A stretch of DNA of 64,000 nt from an uncultured Rikenellaceae bacterium (GTDB lineage Bacteria; Bacteroidota; Bacteroidia; Bacteroidales; VadinHA17), in assembly GCA_963818525.1 (NCBI GenBank), contig CAWFSO010000001.1, positions 518,357-582,356 of the forward strand, in the 5' to 3' direction. Shown here piece by piece: positions 20,194-28,460 of the stretch. The position numbers and the translations under genes were made by a program. Every line of letters begins with the position of its first letter. The stretch's first letter is position 1. A model generated the notes under the pieces. That model did not search any database and was not told the origin of the DNA. It saw only the letters and a list, made by a program, of their open reading frames with translations.

Positions 20194-20269
20194 ACTCCTG
20201 CGGGGGCGTTAACCTCCCGCCTCATGATCTGTTCAGATAGTCTCTGGGGGGGCCTTAACCTCAGACGCT
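20176..20269. repeat. 47-bp tandem repeat x2; copy 1 contains the 3' end and stop of the AlkP-family gene
   Basis: CACGAACTGTTCAGGTAG... at 20176 and CATGATCTGTTCAGATAG... at 20223. They are similar over about 41 nt with one 1-nt indel. Confidence 0.8.
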
Positions 20270-21001
20270 CAGGAGAGGCCTGTTGTGGCTGTCTCTTATG
20301 CGGCAGGCATCAGTAATCAGGCGCGGGTTCTGCTCGCAGCCGTTCCCTATCACCACCATATCTGCTCCGGCAGATAAAGCCTCATCGACCCTGTCAGCGG
20401 AATCCAGTCCCCCTCCGGTGATAAGCGGAATGGTTATCTCTGCCCTCACCGCACTGATCATCAGAGGGTCTACGGGTCTGGCAGCACCGCTGCCCCCTTC
20501 CAGATAGATTGCCTTCATACCCAGCATCTCGCCTGCAAGGGCGGTTGCCACAGCGATATCATGCTTGCCGTACGGTATTGGTGAGGTATGGCTCATATAC
20601 CCGACCGAGGTGGCTCCGCCACAGTCGACAAGGATATAACCCACAGGTATGACGCTCTCACGCATCTGTTTCAGAAACGGTGCGGCGATGACATGATTGC
20701 CTATAAGAAGTTCGGGATTACGGCCGCTGATGAGTGACAGCATGAATATGGCATCTGCCTCAGGAGTGAGCTGTGTGAGGTTACCAGGGAAGAGGATGAC
20801 GGGTATGCCTGTCAGCTGCTTCAGTTTCCTGATCACCTGGCCAACGGGGACATGAGTCAGGCTGCCGCCGGCCAGGAAAAGGTCAACCCTGGCTTCAACC
20901 GCCAGCCGGGCAGTTATTTCCAGTGATTCATCTCCCGCCCTGTCAGGGTCAATGAGCTGCGCCACAACCTTTCTCTTTCTGCAGGGGATATCAACTCTCA
21001 T
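20261..21001 (-). CDS. Geranylgeranylglyceryl/heptaprenylglyceryl phosphate synthase family protein (PcrB/GGGPS-like)
   Basis: TIM-barrel GGGPS-like sequence (LIDPD, DLFLAGGS, ILFPG, GYILVDCGG, IYLEGGSGA, PLITGGGL). The Met at 21001 is preferred, giving an 11-nt overlap with the upstream gene. Confidence 0.78.
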   Translation of the reverse strand: MRVDIPCRKRKVVAQLIDPDRAGDESLEITARLAVEARVDLFLAGGSLTHVPVGQVIRKLKQLTGIPVILFPGNLTQLTPEADAIFMLSLISGRNPELLIGNHVIAAPFLKQMRESVIPVGYILVDCGGATSVGYMSHTSPIPYGKHDIAVATALAGEMLGMKAIYLEGGSGAARPVDPLMISAVRAEITIPLITGGGLDSADRVDEALSAGADMVVIGNGCEQNPRLITDACRIRDSHNRPLLSV

Positions 21002-21635
21002 GCTTCTTCTTGGTCCAGACAATGGTGTAGTTGTCGTATTTTGAATAAAAGAGAGTGAACTGATCATCTATCCTCTCATTCTTCACGCGGCCCCTGATCT
21101 CTCCTGACTCCTGCACGTCAAAGGGCTCGATGGTGATGTCATTGACAATGTTGATTCCCTCCTTGTCGCAGATCTTGTACATAGCCTCCTTGGCGCACCA
21201 GTGAATATACAAATGGTAGGTACGGTCGGCCCACCGGCGGGTGATCTTCTCCCTCCGGTTAAGGAACTTTGACGCAAAGGCATTGATATTCACGCGCATA
21301 TACTCCAGGTCAATGCCTACCCGCTCATTCGTGCTCAGCAGAATGGCAGTCAGCTTGTTCGAGTGGGTAATGCTAATGAAGTGTGATCCGTCCTTTATGA
21401 AGGGTTTGTTGTTCTTGTTATAGACTATCCTTGCCTCCCTTCCCAGAATCTCCGCCAAAAGGGCCCTGACGCTGAGGAACTCCATTTTCCGGGAGGTGCT
21501 GCGGTAGATCTCGTATCTCTTGATATCCTCCGGGCCCAGGTCAACCATCTCAAGGAGTGTAGGCAGGTCTTCCTCGATCTTCCATACACCGAGGACGGTC
21601 TCCTTGTTAAGATAGTGTTTCGTTATGCAGCCCAT
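20991..21635 (-). CDS. 4'-phosphopantetheinyl transferase superfamily protein
   Basis: 214 aa with Sfp-type features (GVWKIEE, FLSVRALL, GIDLEY, WCAKEAMYK). Confidence 0.78.
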   Translation of the reverse strand: MGCITKHYLNKETVLGVWKIEEDLPTLLEMVDLGPEDIKRYEIYRSTSRKMEFLSVRALLAEILGREARIVYNKNNKPFIKDGSHFISITHSNKLTAILLSTNERVGIDLEYMRVNINAFASKFLNRREKITRRWADRTYHLYIHWCAKEAMYKICDKEGINIVNDITIEPFDVQESGEIRGRVKNERIDDQFTLFYSKYDNYTIVWTKKKHES

Positions 21636-21638
21636 GGT

Positions 21639-22211
21639 TTATCTCCAGTTGAGGGTCTCGATAAGGTGAATGATGTCTTCCCTGAGGAATCTGATCACCG
21701 GCATGAGTGAGTCTTCGTTGGGCTGTGCCATGAAATAAAGTGAGCCGCGGAGGTAATGCCTGGTGCTGTCGGTGACAAAGAACTGCACGGCTGATGCCGT
21801 ATTGCCCTTCAGGTCGTACAGGATGCCGTAGACACGCGCCGAGTCGTCAGCCCAGAGCCTCTCGTCAATGGCATCAGCCCTGATGGTGTGCTTATAGGCG
21901 AGCTCGCGCGACATCTCCGTCAGCGAGGCAAGGTTGCCGTTAAGATCAAAGTAGGTGAGGTGCAACTTGGCCCTGAAGGATGGAAATTCGATGTCCATCC
22001 AGCAAGTGTCGGTCGCTACCGCAGGCCTCAGGTTTATCTTTCCGTAACCGGGATATTCAATGGAGTAGGCGCAGGGAGTATCAAAATGAAGATAATTCTT
22101 TTCAGGCAGATCTATCCTGAAATAGCCTGCGGGCCTGGGTACCGCCGGCTCTCCGCATCCTGTCGTCAGGAGTGTCGCCGTCAGCAGCGCTGCGGCAAAA
22201 AGATATCTCAT
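21639..22211 (-). CDS. gldD: Gliding-motility lipoprotein GldD
   Basis: 190 aa with a lipoprotein signal (LLTTGC), then the PRPAGYFRIDLPEKNY pattern. It lies directly downstream of gldE, as in other Bacteroidota. Confidence 0.75.
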   Translation of the reverse strand: MRYLFAAALLTATLLTTGCGEPAVPRPAGYFRIDLPEKNYLHFDTPCAYSIEYPGYGKINLRPAVATDTCWMDIEFPSFRAKLHLTYFDLNGNLASLTEMSRELAYKHTIRADAIDERLWADDSARVYGILYDLKGNTASAVQFFVTDSTRHYLRGSLYFMAQPNEDSLMPVIRFLREDIIHLIETLNWR

Positions 22212-23536
22212 AAGTCTTCCCCCTTCTTTTCAACAGTTATTTCCCTAATACGCCGCTTCTCTATCGTTTCGATTGTGAATACAAAGCCTTCTGCGGAGAT
22301 CACCCTCCCCTTGACCGGTATCTCTTCCAGGAGCTCCAGCAGGAGACCGGCAAGGGTCTCAGAGTCACCCCTGATGTCCTCAAAGGGATCGTTCTCGGTT
22401 CCGGTGATCCGGTAGAAGTCGTTGAGAAGAATCTTCCCGTCAAAGCTCCACCTTCCTTTACCCGTCTCCCTGTAGAGAGGTATCTCCTCATCAGTCTCAT
22501 CGGTGATTTCACCCACTATCTCTTCGAGAACATCCTCGAGAGTGACAAGGCCGCTGGTGCCTCCGTACTCGTCGACGACAATGGCCATGTGTATCTTTTT
22601 TGCCTGGAACTCCTTCAACAGGTCACTGATCATCTTTGTCTCGGGCACAACGTAAGGAGGCCTTATGAGAGACTGCCACCGGAAAGAGTCAGGCTTGCCC
22701 AGGTGGGGCAGAAGGTCCTTGACAAAAAGTATCCCCCTGATATGGTCAAAAGAGCCGGCGTACACCGGAATACGGGAGAAGCCTGATTCCACAACCTCGG
22801 CTATTATGGAGTGAAAGCCTTTCTGAATGTCGAGGGCCGTCACATCCATCCGCGGGCACATGATGGCGCTGACACTTATGTTCCCGAACCTCACCACACC
22901 CTTCAGAAGGTCCCTGTCATCCCTTATCTCCGAGGAGGTGAGATCAAGGGCAGCAGAGAGATCGTCGATGTTGAGACTGCTGTCCCGGCTTCTTGACCTG
23001 CCTTTGACAAAGAAGGTGGAGTAGGATAGCAGCGATGCCAGGGGCTTGAATATTGCTGAGGTGACCGTAAGGGCGGGCGCCATCATCAGGGCGAACCTGA
23101 GCTGGTAACGTGATGCCACCACCTTGGGCATGATTTCGCAGAAGAGCAGCAGGATGAACGTGATGACCACCACCTCTATTATAAATGCGAGGAGGGGGTT
23201 GTTGTCCAGGTCAAACAGCCTTGAGCTTATGAAGGCCGCAAGGATTATTATGGCAATGTTAATGGTGTTGTTGGCAACAAGTATGGTGCTGAGCAGCCTG
23301 TCAGGCTTTGAAAGCAGCCTCAGCGCGATGGAGGAATTCCTTGCCTTTCCGTGCTGCAGCTTTTCCATGTCGTTGGGGGTGAGGGAGAAATATGCCACCT
23401 CGGACCCTGAGATAAAGGCAGAAGCTATTATCAGCAGGACAAGAAATATTATTTCCGTGACAAGGGAAACCACTGTCCCTGTAATTGCAGCAACTGCAGA
23501 AAACCCGGCAAGAGAACCTGACAGTATCGTCTCCAA
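22208..23536 (-). CDS. gldE: Gliding-motility-associated protein GldE (CNNM/CorC-type, DUF21 + CBS pair + CorC_HlyC)
   Basis: 442 aa with an N-terminal DUF21 membrane domain, a CBS pair and a C-terminal CorC/HlyC transporter-associated domain. It shows ssb-gldE-gldD synteny. Confidence 0.82.
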   Translation of the reverse strand: METILSGSLAGFSAVAAITGTVVSLVTEIIFLVLLIIASAFISGSEVAYFSLTPNDMEKLQHGKARNSSIALRLLSKPDRLLSTILVANNTINIAIIILAAFISSRLFDLDNNPLLAFIIEVVVITFILLLFCEIMPKVVASRYQLRFALMMAPALTVTSAIFKPLASLLSYSTFFVKGRSRSRDSSLNIDDLSAALDLTSSEIRDDRDLLKGVVRFGNISVSAIMCPRMDVTALDIQKGFHSIIAEVVESGFSRIPVYAGSFDHIRGILFVKDLLPHLGKPDSFRWQSLIRPPYVVPETKMISDLLKEFQAKKIHMAIVVDEYGGTSGLVTLEDVLEEIVGEITDETDEEIPLYRETGKGRWSFDGKILLNDFYRITGTENDPFEDIRGDSETLAGLLLELLEEIPVKGRVISAEGFVFTIETIEKRRIREITVEKKGEDL

Positions 23537-23555
23537 AATCAGTGCGTTTGTTTAA

Positions 23556-24023
23556 CTAGAAGGGCAGATCATCTGCGGTGTCACGCGTGGAGAGATCCTC
23601 ATTCATGCCGTCACCTGTACCTGATGAGGGCTGCGATGGCGGAGCATAACTCCCGCTGTTGTTCTGAGCTCCCTGACCCGGCTGGCCCGGACCGTCAGTC
23701 TTGCGTCCGAGGAGCTGTATGACATCAGCCTCAACTTCAACGATATATTTTTTATTCCCGTCGCGGTCATCATAGGAGCGGTAGCGCAGTTTGCCCTCAA
23801 TAAGCAGCTGTGAACCCTTGCGGATATAATTCTCGGCGAGCTCGGCCAGCCTTCTCCATGCCACAATATTGTGCCATTCGGTCTGCGTTACCTTGTCTCC
23901 GCCCTTGGGGGTGTATGTCTCACTTGTGGCAAGGGAAAACGATGCCTTGATGTTATTCTCAAAACGCCGGATCTCGGGATCCTTACCGACGTTGCCTACC
24001 AGTATTACTTTATTGAATGACAT
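23556..24023 (-). CDS. ssb: Single-stranded DNA-binding protein
   Basis: MSFNKVILVGNVGKDPE OB-fold start, a Gly/Gln/Pro-rich tail, and an acidic DDLPF C-terminus. Confidence 0.95.
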   Translation of the reverse strand: MSFNKVILVGNVGKDPEIRRFENNIKASFSLATSETYTPKGGDKVTQTEWHNIVAWRRLAELAENYIRKGSQLLIEGKLRYRSYDDRDGNKKYIVEVEADVIQLLGRKTDGPGQPGQGAQNNSGSYAPPSQPSSGTGDGMNEDLSTRDTADDLPF

Positions 24024-24234
24024 AGCTTTAATAAAATTTTCCGTTAATAGAAGCATGTAAAGTTACAAAAAAAAATGTTGAGAGGGCCAGGAGAAGATTT
24101 CGGGCTATGTTGTGCGGCTGCCGTGCCGCGGCAAAAAGGGGCTGTTTTGACGTTCATATTTTATAGGTATCAAAAAATCAGAGTATTCGGAGTGAAAAAA
24201 AAATTATATCAACCATAATTGATAAATAATATTT

Positions 24235-24242
24235 TATATTTG
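24235..24242 (+). promoter_or_regulatory. Bacteroidota -7 promoter box (TATATTTG)
   Basis: Exact TAnnTTTG match, 55 nt upstream of the HU gene ATG. Confidence 0.4.
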
Positions 24243-24296
24243 CACATTGAAAAAACAGACACCAAAATAATTTGTTGAATTTAAAATTCTTGCAAA

Positions 24297-24584
24297 ATGA
24301 CAAAAGCAGACATTGTTAACGAAATTGCCAAGAACACTGGAATTGAGAAAGTGACCGTTCAGAAGACCGTTGAGGCATTTATGGAATCCGTAAAAGACTC
24401 TATGGTAGCCGGCAATAATGTTTATCTCAGGGGTTTCGGCAGCTTTATCGTGAAAAAACGCGCAAAGAAAACAGCCAGGAACATTTCTAAGAATACCACC
24501 ATTATTATTCCTGCACACAACATCCCGGCATTCAAACCGGCAAAGACCTTTATAACCAAAGTCAAATCTCACGTTAAGAAGTAA
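24297..24584 (+). CDS. hup: HU-family DNA-binding protein
   Basis: 95 aa starting MTKADIVNEIAKNTGIEK, with LRGFGSF and RNISKNTTIIIPAH features. Confidence 0.92.
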   Translation: MTKADIVNEIAKNTGIEKVTVQKTVEAFMESVKDSMVAGNNVYLRGFGSFIVKKRAKKTARNISKNTTIIIPAHNIPAFKPAKTFITKVKSHVKK

Positions 24585-24588
24585 TAAT

Positions 24589-24681
24589 ATGCCAAGCGGG
24601 AAAAAGAGAAAGAGGCATAAGATGGCTACCCACAAACGTAAGAAGCGTTTGCGGAAAGACAGGCACAAGAAGAAGAAATAG
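24589..24681 (+). CDS. Highly basic 30-aa peptide, THX/bS22-like small ribosomal protein
   Basis: Hand-translated MPSGKKRKRHKMATHKRKKRLRKDRHKKKK-stop. It is not in the ORF track. It matches the conserved Bacteroidota mini-protein usually annotated as 30S ribosomal protein THX. Confidence 0.7.
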   Translation: MPSGKKRKRHKMATHKRKKRLRKDRHKKKK

Positions 24682-24710
24682 CATATAATGCATAGTCTGT
24701 ACTTTGAGAC

Positions 24711-24751
24711 CTAACCTAAAGATCCACTGATCTTTAGGTTAGTTGCATTTT
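24711..24751 (+). terminator. 14-bp perfect hairpin plus T-rich tail (terminator or processing site)
   Basis: CTAACCTAAAGATC (24711-24724) pairs with GATCTTTAGGTTAG (24729-24742) across loop CACT, followed by TTGCATTTT. Confidence 0.6.
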
Positions 24752-24787
24752 GAAAAGGACTATAAGCGAATTAACAAATTCCGGAAT

Positions 24788-26344
24788 GTGAGTAAGGATT
24801 TAATAATCAGCGTAAGCGATTCTGAGATATCCATAGCACTTCTTGAGGACAAGCAACTTGTCGAGTTAAATAAGGAAAAGCGGAATGTAAAATTCTCTGT
24901 CGGCGACATTTACCTGGGAAAGGTAAAAAAGATAATGCCGGGATTGAATGCAGCGTTTATCAACGTAGGTTTCGAAAAGGATGCTTTCCTGCACTATCTT
25001 GATCTGGGAGCCCAGTTCAGGACCCTTCACCGTTATTATACCCAGGCCACACAGGGAAAGCTTAAGATGACCCCGGTGTCAAAGTACAAGCCTGAGCCGG
25101 ACATTGATAAGGAGGGGAAAATTGGCGATGTCCTGACATCAGGACAGACAGTCATAGTGCAGATAACCAAGGAACCGATCTCCACCAAGGGACCGAGACT
25201 GGCATCGGAAGTAAGCATTGCAGGGCGAAACCTGGTGCTGATGCCATTCGCAGACAAGGTCTCCGTCTCATCGAAGATTGAGAACCCCGATGAACGCAAC
25301 CGCCTCAAACTGCTCATACAGAGCATAAAGCCCAAAAACTACGGTGTCATTGTACGCACCGTCGCCGAAGGGAAGAAAGTTGCAGCCCTCGATGCAGAGC
25401 TGAAGGAGCTATTAAACCGCTGGGAGACAGCGTTCGGTACAATCCACAAGGACATCAAGCAGCCCAGGCTGCTGCTGGGTGAGATGAACCGTACAACAAC
25501 AATCCTCAGGGATATTCTCAGTACCGACTTCAGTAACATCATCGTTGATGATGAGATGATAGCCGGCGAGGTAAGAAGCTACATCAGGGAGATAGCCCCT
25601 GAAAAGGAAAAGATAGTAAAGGTATACAAGGAGCAATACCCGATCTTTGACCAGTATGGCATAAGCCGGCAGATCAAGGGGCTCTTTGGCCGCACCATTT
25701 CATTCAAGGGCGGCTCTTACCTTATCATTGAGCATACTGAAGCACTGCACGTCGTTGACGTCAACAGCGGCAACAGATCAAAATCAGGCTCTGACCAGGA
25801 GTCCAATGCCCTGTCAGTCAACATCGAGGCTGCAAGAGAGATTGCCAGACAGCTGCGGCTCAGGGATATGGGCGGGATCATTGTGGTAGACTTCATTGAC
25901 ATGCAGTCAAATGAGAACCGTCAGGCTCTCTTCGACAGGATGAAGGAACTGATGGCCGATGACAGGGCCAAGCATAACATACTACCCCTGAGTAAATTCG
26001 GACTGATGCAGATAACACGGCAGCGTGTAAGGCCGGAGATGACCATCATCACCGACGAAAAATGTCCGGTATGCAGGGGAGAGGGAAAGACGGCATCATC
26101 CATTCTCCTTACAGATGAGATGGAGCGGACCCTGGCAACCATTATTGAAAAGGTGAAGACCCGGAAGTTCATCCTCCGCACTCACCCGTATGTTGCTGCT
26201 TACCTTAAGGAGGGACTCTTCTCGATGATAGGCAAGATCAACAAGAAGCACGGTGTGAGCATAAAGGTTCAGGCCATTCAGTCATACCATTTCCTGGAGT
26301 TCGGGTTCTTTGACCGTGACGGGAATGAGATAGATTTGTCGTGA
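24788..26344 (+). CDS. rng: Ribonuclease E/G family protein (RNase G-like)
   Basis: S1 domain (GDIYLGKVKKIMPGLNAAFINVG) and catalytic region (VVDVNSG, GGIIVVDFIDM). The start is probably GTG at 24788 (SKDLIISVSD...), because the ORF-track TTG start at 24743 abuts the hairpin. Confidence 0.88.
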   Translation: MSKDLIISVSDSEISIALLEDKQLVELNKEKRNVKFSVGDIYLGKVKKIMPGLNAAFINVGFEKDAFLHYLDLGAQFRTLHRYYTQATQGKLKMTPVSKYKPEPDIDKEGKIGDVLTSGQTVIVQITKEPISTKGPRLASEVSIAGRNLVLMPFADKVSVSSKIENPDERNRLKLLIQSIKPKNYGVIVRTVAEGKKVAALDAELKELLNRWETAFGTIHKDIKQPRLLLGEMNRTTTILRDILSTDFSNIIVDDEMIAGEVRSYIREIAPEKEKIVKVYKEQYPIFDQYGISRQIKGLFGRTISFKGGSYLIIEHTEALHVVDVNSGNRSKSGSDQESNALSVNIEAAREIARQLRLRDMGGIIVVDFIDMQSNENRQALFDRMKELMADDRAKHNILPLSKFGLMQITRQRVRPEMTIITDEKCPVCRGEGKTASSILLTDEMERTLATIIEKVKTRKFILRTHPYVAAYLKEGLFSMIGKINKKHGVSIKVQAIQSYHFLEFGFFDRDGNEIDLS

Positions 26345-26374
26345 CACCCGGGAAATTTTACTGATGTTCTTAAA

Positions 26375-26411
26375 ACAGAGAGACAGGTCCGTGACCTGTC
26401 TCTGTTGTTTT
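26375..26411. terminator. Bidirectional hairpin terminator between convergent genes
   Basis: AGAGACAGGTC pairs with GACCTGTCTCT (11-bp perfect stem, loop CGT). It is flanked by an A-run upstream and TGTTTT downstream. Confidence 0.65.
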
Positions 26412-26426
26412 ATCAGTTCTGATGGT

Positions 26427-27206
26427 TTATAACCAGATGATGCGCCCTGAGCCTGTGCGCGTCAGATTGACAACCGGATCACCTAAAAGGTAGATGTTGC
26501 CGCTTCCGCTTATCACCGCATCAAGATGGTCGTTGACGGTGGAGTAGACAGATCCTGAACCTGACATGGTGACATTGGCGATATCAGAGGCGAAGTCTCT
26601 CCCAAAGATTGATCCTGATCCGGAGACGACATACCTGGTGTTGACAGCGCCACCTTTCATTGTGAGGTCACCTGACCCCGAGAGTGTCGCTTTCATAAGG
26701 TTTGCGGTAACCACATCTGTCATTACATTTCCCGATCCGGAAATAACCAATGAGACCTCAGCTCCGGTGATCGTCCCTGAAGTGATATCCCCCGAACCGC
26801 TGCAGACTATCCTGATCTCATTACCGGAGAGTGGCCCCGCAATGAAGTCGCCCGATCCGGCGTTGACAATCTCGCTCAGGGTGGGGGCTGTAACGGTGAC
26901 CACGGGCCGCCTGGTGTAGTTGAGGCATTGATTGCCGGGTATATTTCTGATTTCAAGTGAACCGGCACTGATCTTTGTTTCAATATAGGGCAGAATGTTG
27001 CTCTCAGCCTCCACACTGATGGCATATTGATCACCCTGCAGGTACTTTACATTAAAGGAGGTTTCATTGGCAACAGCCGTGAAGGGCACTGCTTCCCTCA
27101 CTTCCGTCTCAAAGTCTCCGTTGCCGTCGATACAGTCAACAAACAATGTGCAGGAGGAAAATGTTGCAGTCACAAACAGAATGGTGAGGATTCTCTTTTT
27201 CATCAC
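26427..27206 (-). CDS. DUF2807 (head GIN domain) putative adhesin-like beta-helix protein
   Basis: 259 aa with a lipoprotein-like signal (TFSSC) and repeated SGSGD/SGSGN beta-helix rungs. Confidence 0.72.
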   Translation of the reverse strand: MMKKRILTILFVTATFSSCTLFVDCIDGNGDFETEVREAVPFTAVANETSFNVKYLQGDQYAISVEAESNILPYIETKISAGSLEIRNIPGNQCLNYTRRPVVTVTAPTLSEIVNAGSGDFIAGPLSGNEIRIVCSGSGDITSGTITGAEVSLVISGSGNVMTDVVTANLMKATLSGSGDLTMKGGAVNTRYVVSGSGSIFGRDFASDIANVTMSGSGSVYSTVNDHLDAVISGSGNIYLLGDPVVNLTRTGSGRIIWL

Positions 27207-27214
27207 TTTATTTT

Positions 27215-27856
27215 TCAGAACCTTCCGAACTTGAATGAGAGCGAATAGGAGAACCCTTTAAGATCCTGCGGACTCAGTTCAGGCGTCTCAGTGGTTGTTG
27301 CATTGAAATCCGTCGGGAATCTGTAAGATGCTCCAAGGCCTATCCTGAAGAACCTCGTAACATTGAGTTCAAGCTCTGCACCAGGCTGTATCAGCATGAA
27401 AAAATCCGTAGCTGCGACAAAATTGTCAAACTCTTCCCAGTCGGTTTCCACATAAGATATCCCGCCTCCGCCTATCAGAATGGGAAATGCTATGTGAACG
27501 GGGTACATAGGAGCCACAATAGGCTCAATGATAAAGCCGCCGTAACCTCCTGTCACGAAATTGTCGGAGCCGCTGGATGAATTGTAAATGGCCTGGTTGG
27601 CAAAACCGGTACCGCCGAACCCCATTGCAATGGAGTGGTTGATCACCCACATGCCGCGGAAGCCGAACTCATATGCATGCCTGTCCTGTATTGTTGAATA
27701 ACCTGCGGTGAATGCTCCATAACCGCCTCCGGTATGGTCCGGACCGGTGAGAGTCATCATCTGACGGGGTTTCTTTTGCTCTCCTGTCACCTCCTGGGAG
27801 AGGAGAATGCCGCTGGCCGATAAAATGAGGGACACTATTAAAAGGATCTTTTTCAT
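27215..27856 (-). CDS. Gly-rich small outer-membrane beta-barrel-like protein
   Basis: 213 aa with a signal peptide, alternating Gly/aromatic pattern and a C-terminal ...FKFGRF ending in Phe. Confidence 0.5.
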   Translation of the reverse strand: MKKILLIVSLILSASGILLSQEVTGEQKKPRQMMTLTGPDHTGGGYGAFTAGYSTIQDRHAYEFGFRGMWVINHSIAMGFGGTGFANQAIYNSSSGSDNFVTGGYGGFIIEPIVAPMYPVHIAFPILIGGGGISYVETDWEEFDNFVAATDFFMLIQPGAELELNVTRFFRIGLGASYRFPTDFNATTTETPELSPQDLKGFSYSLSFKFGRF

Positions 27857-27877
27857 ATATGTATTTATTACAGTTTA

Positions 27878-28391
27878 TTAAAACAGATAAGCCACCGAGA
27901 AGCCGAAATCCCAGGGCACAAACCTGAAGAATGCGGGAGTAACCATCTCGACGAATGGTTTGTAGCTGAGTGTCAGCGTCACGGGTATTGGCGGGAATTG
28001 TGTATTCAATGGCTGCGTACCCGTCGCCGCCAATCAGCGGGAGGAACCTTTCTTCGGGGAAGTAGTAATTCTCTCCCATGCTGGTGATGTTGTCAGTGAC
28101 CATGAAGCCGACATGGCCGCCGTATCCCCATACCAGCTTGAAATCCGGAGAAAGCGAACCCAGGGCGTATTCGTAGGTTATCCTGAGGCCGGTGGCCTGC
28201 AGGCCACCCTTCCTGAAAGAAGCCATCATGAGAGCCCCAACCTCCGAGTTACCTGCCGGTGATGTCACCTGGTAATACAATCCGAAGGAATAACCGAACC
28301 TCATCCCGGCCTGCCGGTTTTCAAACTGGGCCTCAGCCTGCATCATTGAGAGCATTATTAAAACGATAACAGAGAGTATAATTCTTTTCAT
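27878..28391 (-). pseudogene. Small outer-membrane beta-barrel-like protein, apparent 1-nt frameshift near 27985-27995
   Basis: The N-terminal part is in the frame of ORF 27669-28391 up to ...AAIEYTIPAN. A second frame then reads PVTLTLSYKPFVEMVTPAFFRFVPWDFGFSVAYLF-stop (stop at 27878-27880), a typical barrel C-terminus. The span is 514 nt (3n+1). Confidence 0.5.
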
Positions 28392-28460
28392 CCGCGGTTT
28401 AGGTTTTTCAATCTGAGATAAAAGACACCATTTGAGCTTTAAGGTTGCATTGCCCTCTGA

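Noticed and set aside
24067-24203. Two A9 homopolymer tracts (24067-24075 and 24195-24203) in the ssb/HU divergent spacer as possible phase-variation switches.
   Set aside because: They lie outside coding frames and outside the -7 boxes. A/T tracts upstream of Bacteroidota promoters are common (UP-like), and nothing in the sequence indicates length variation.
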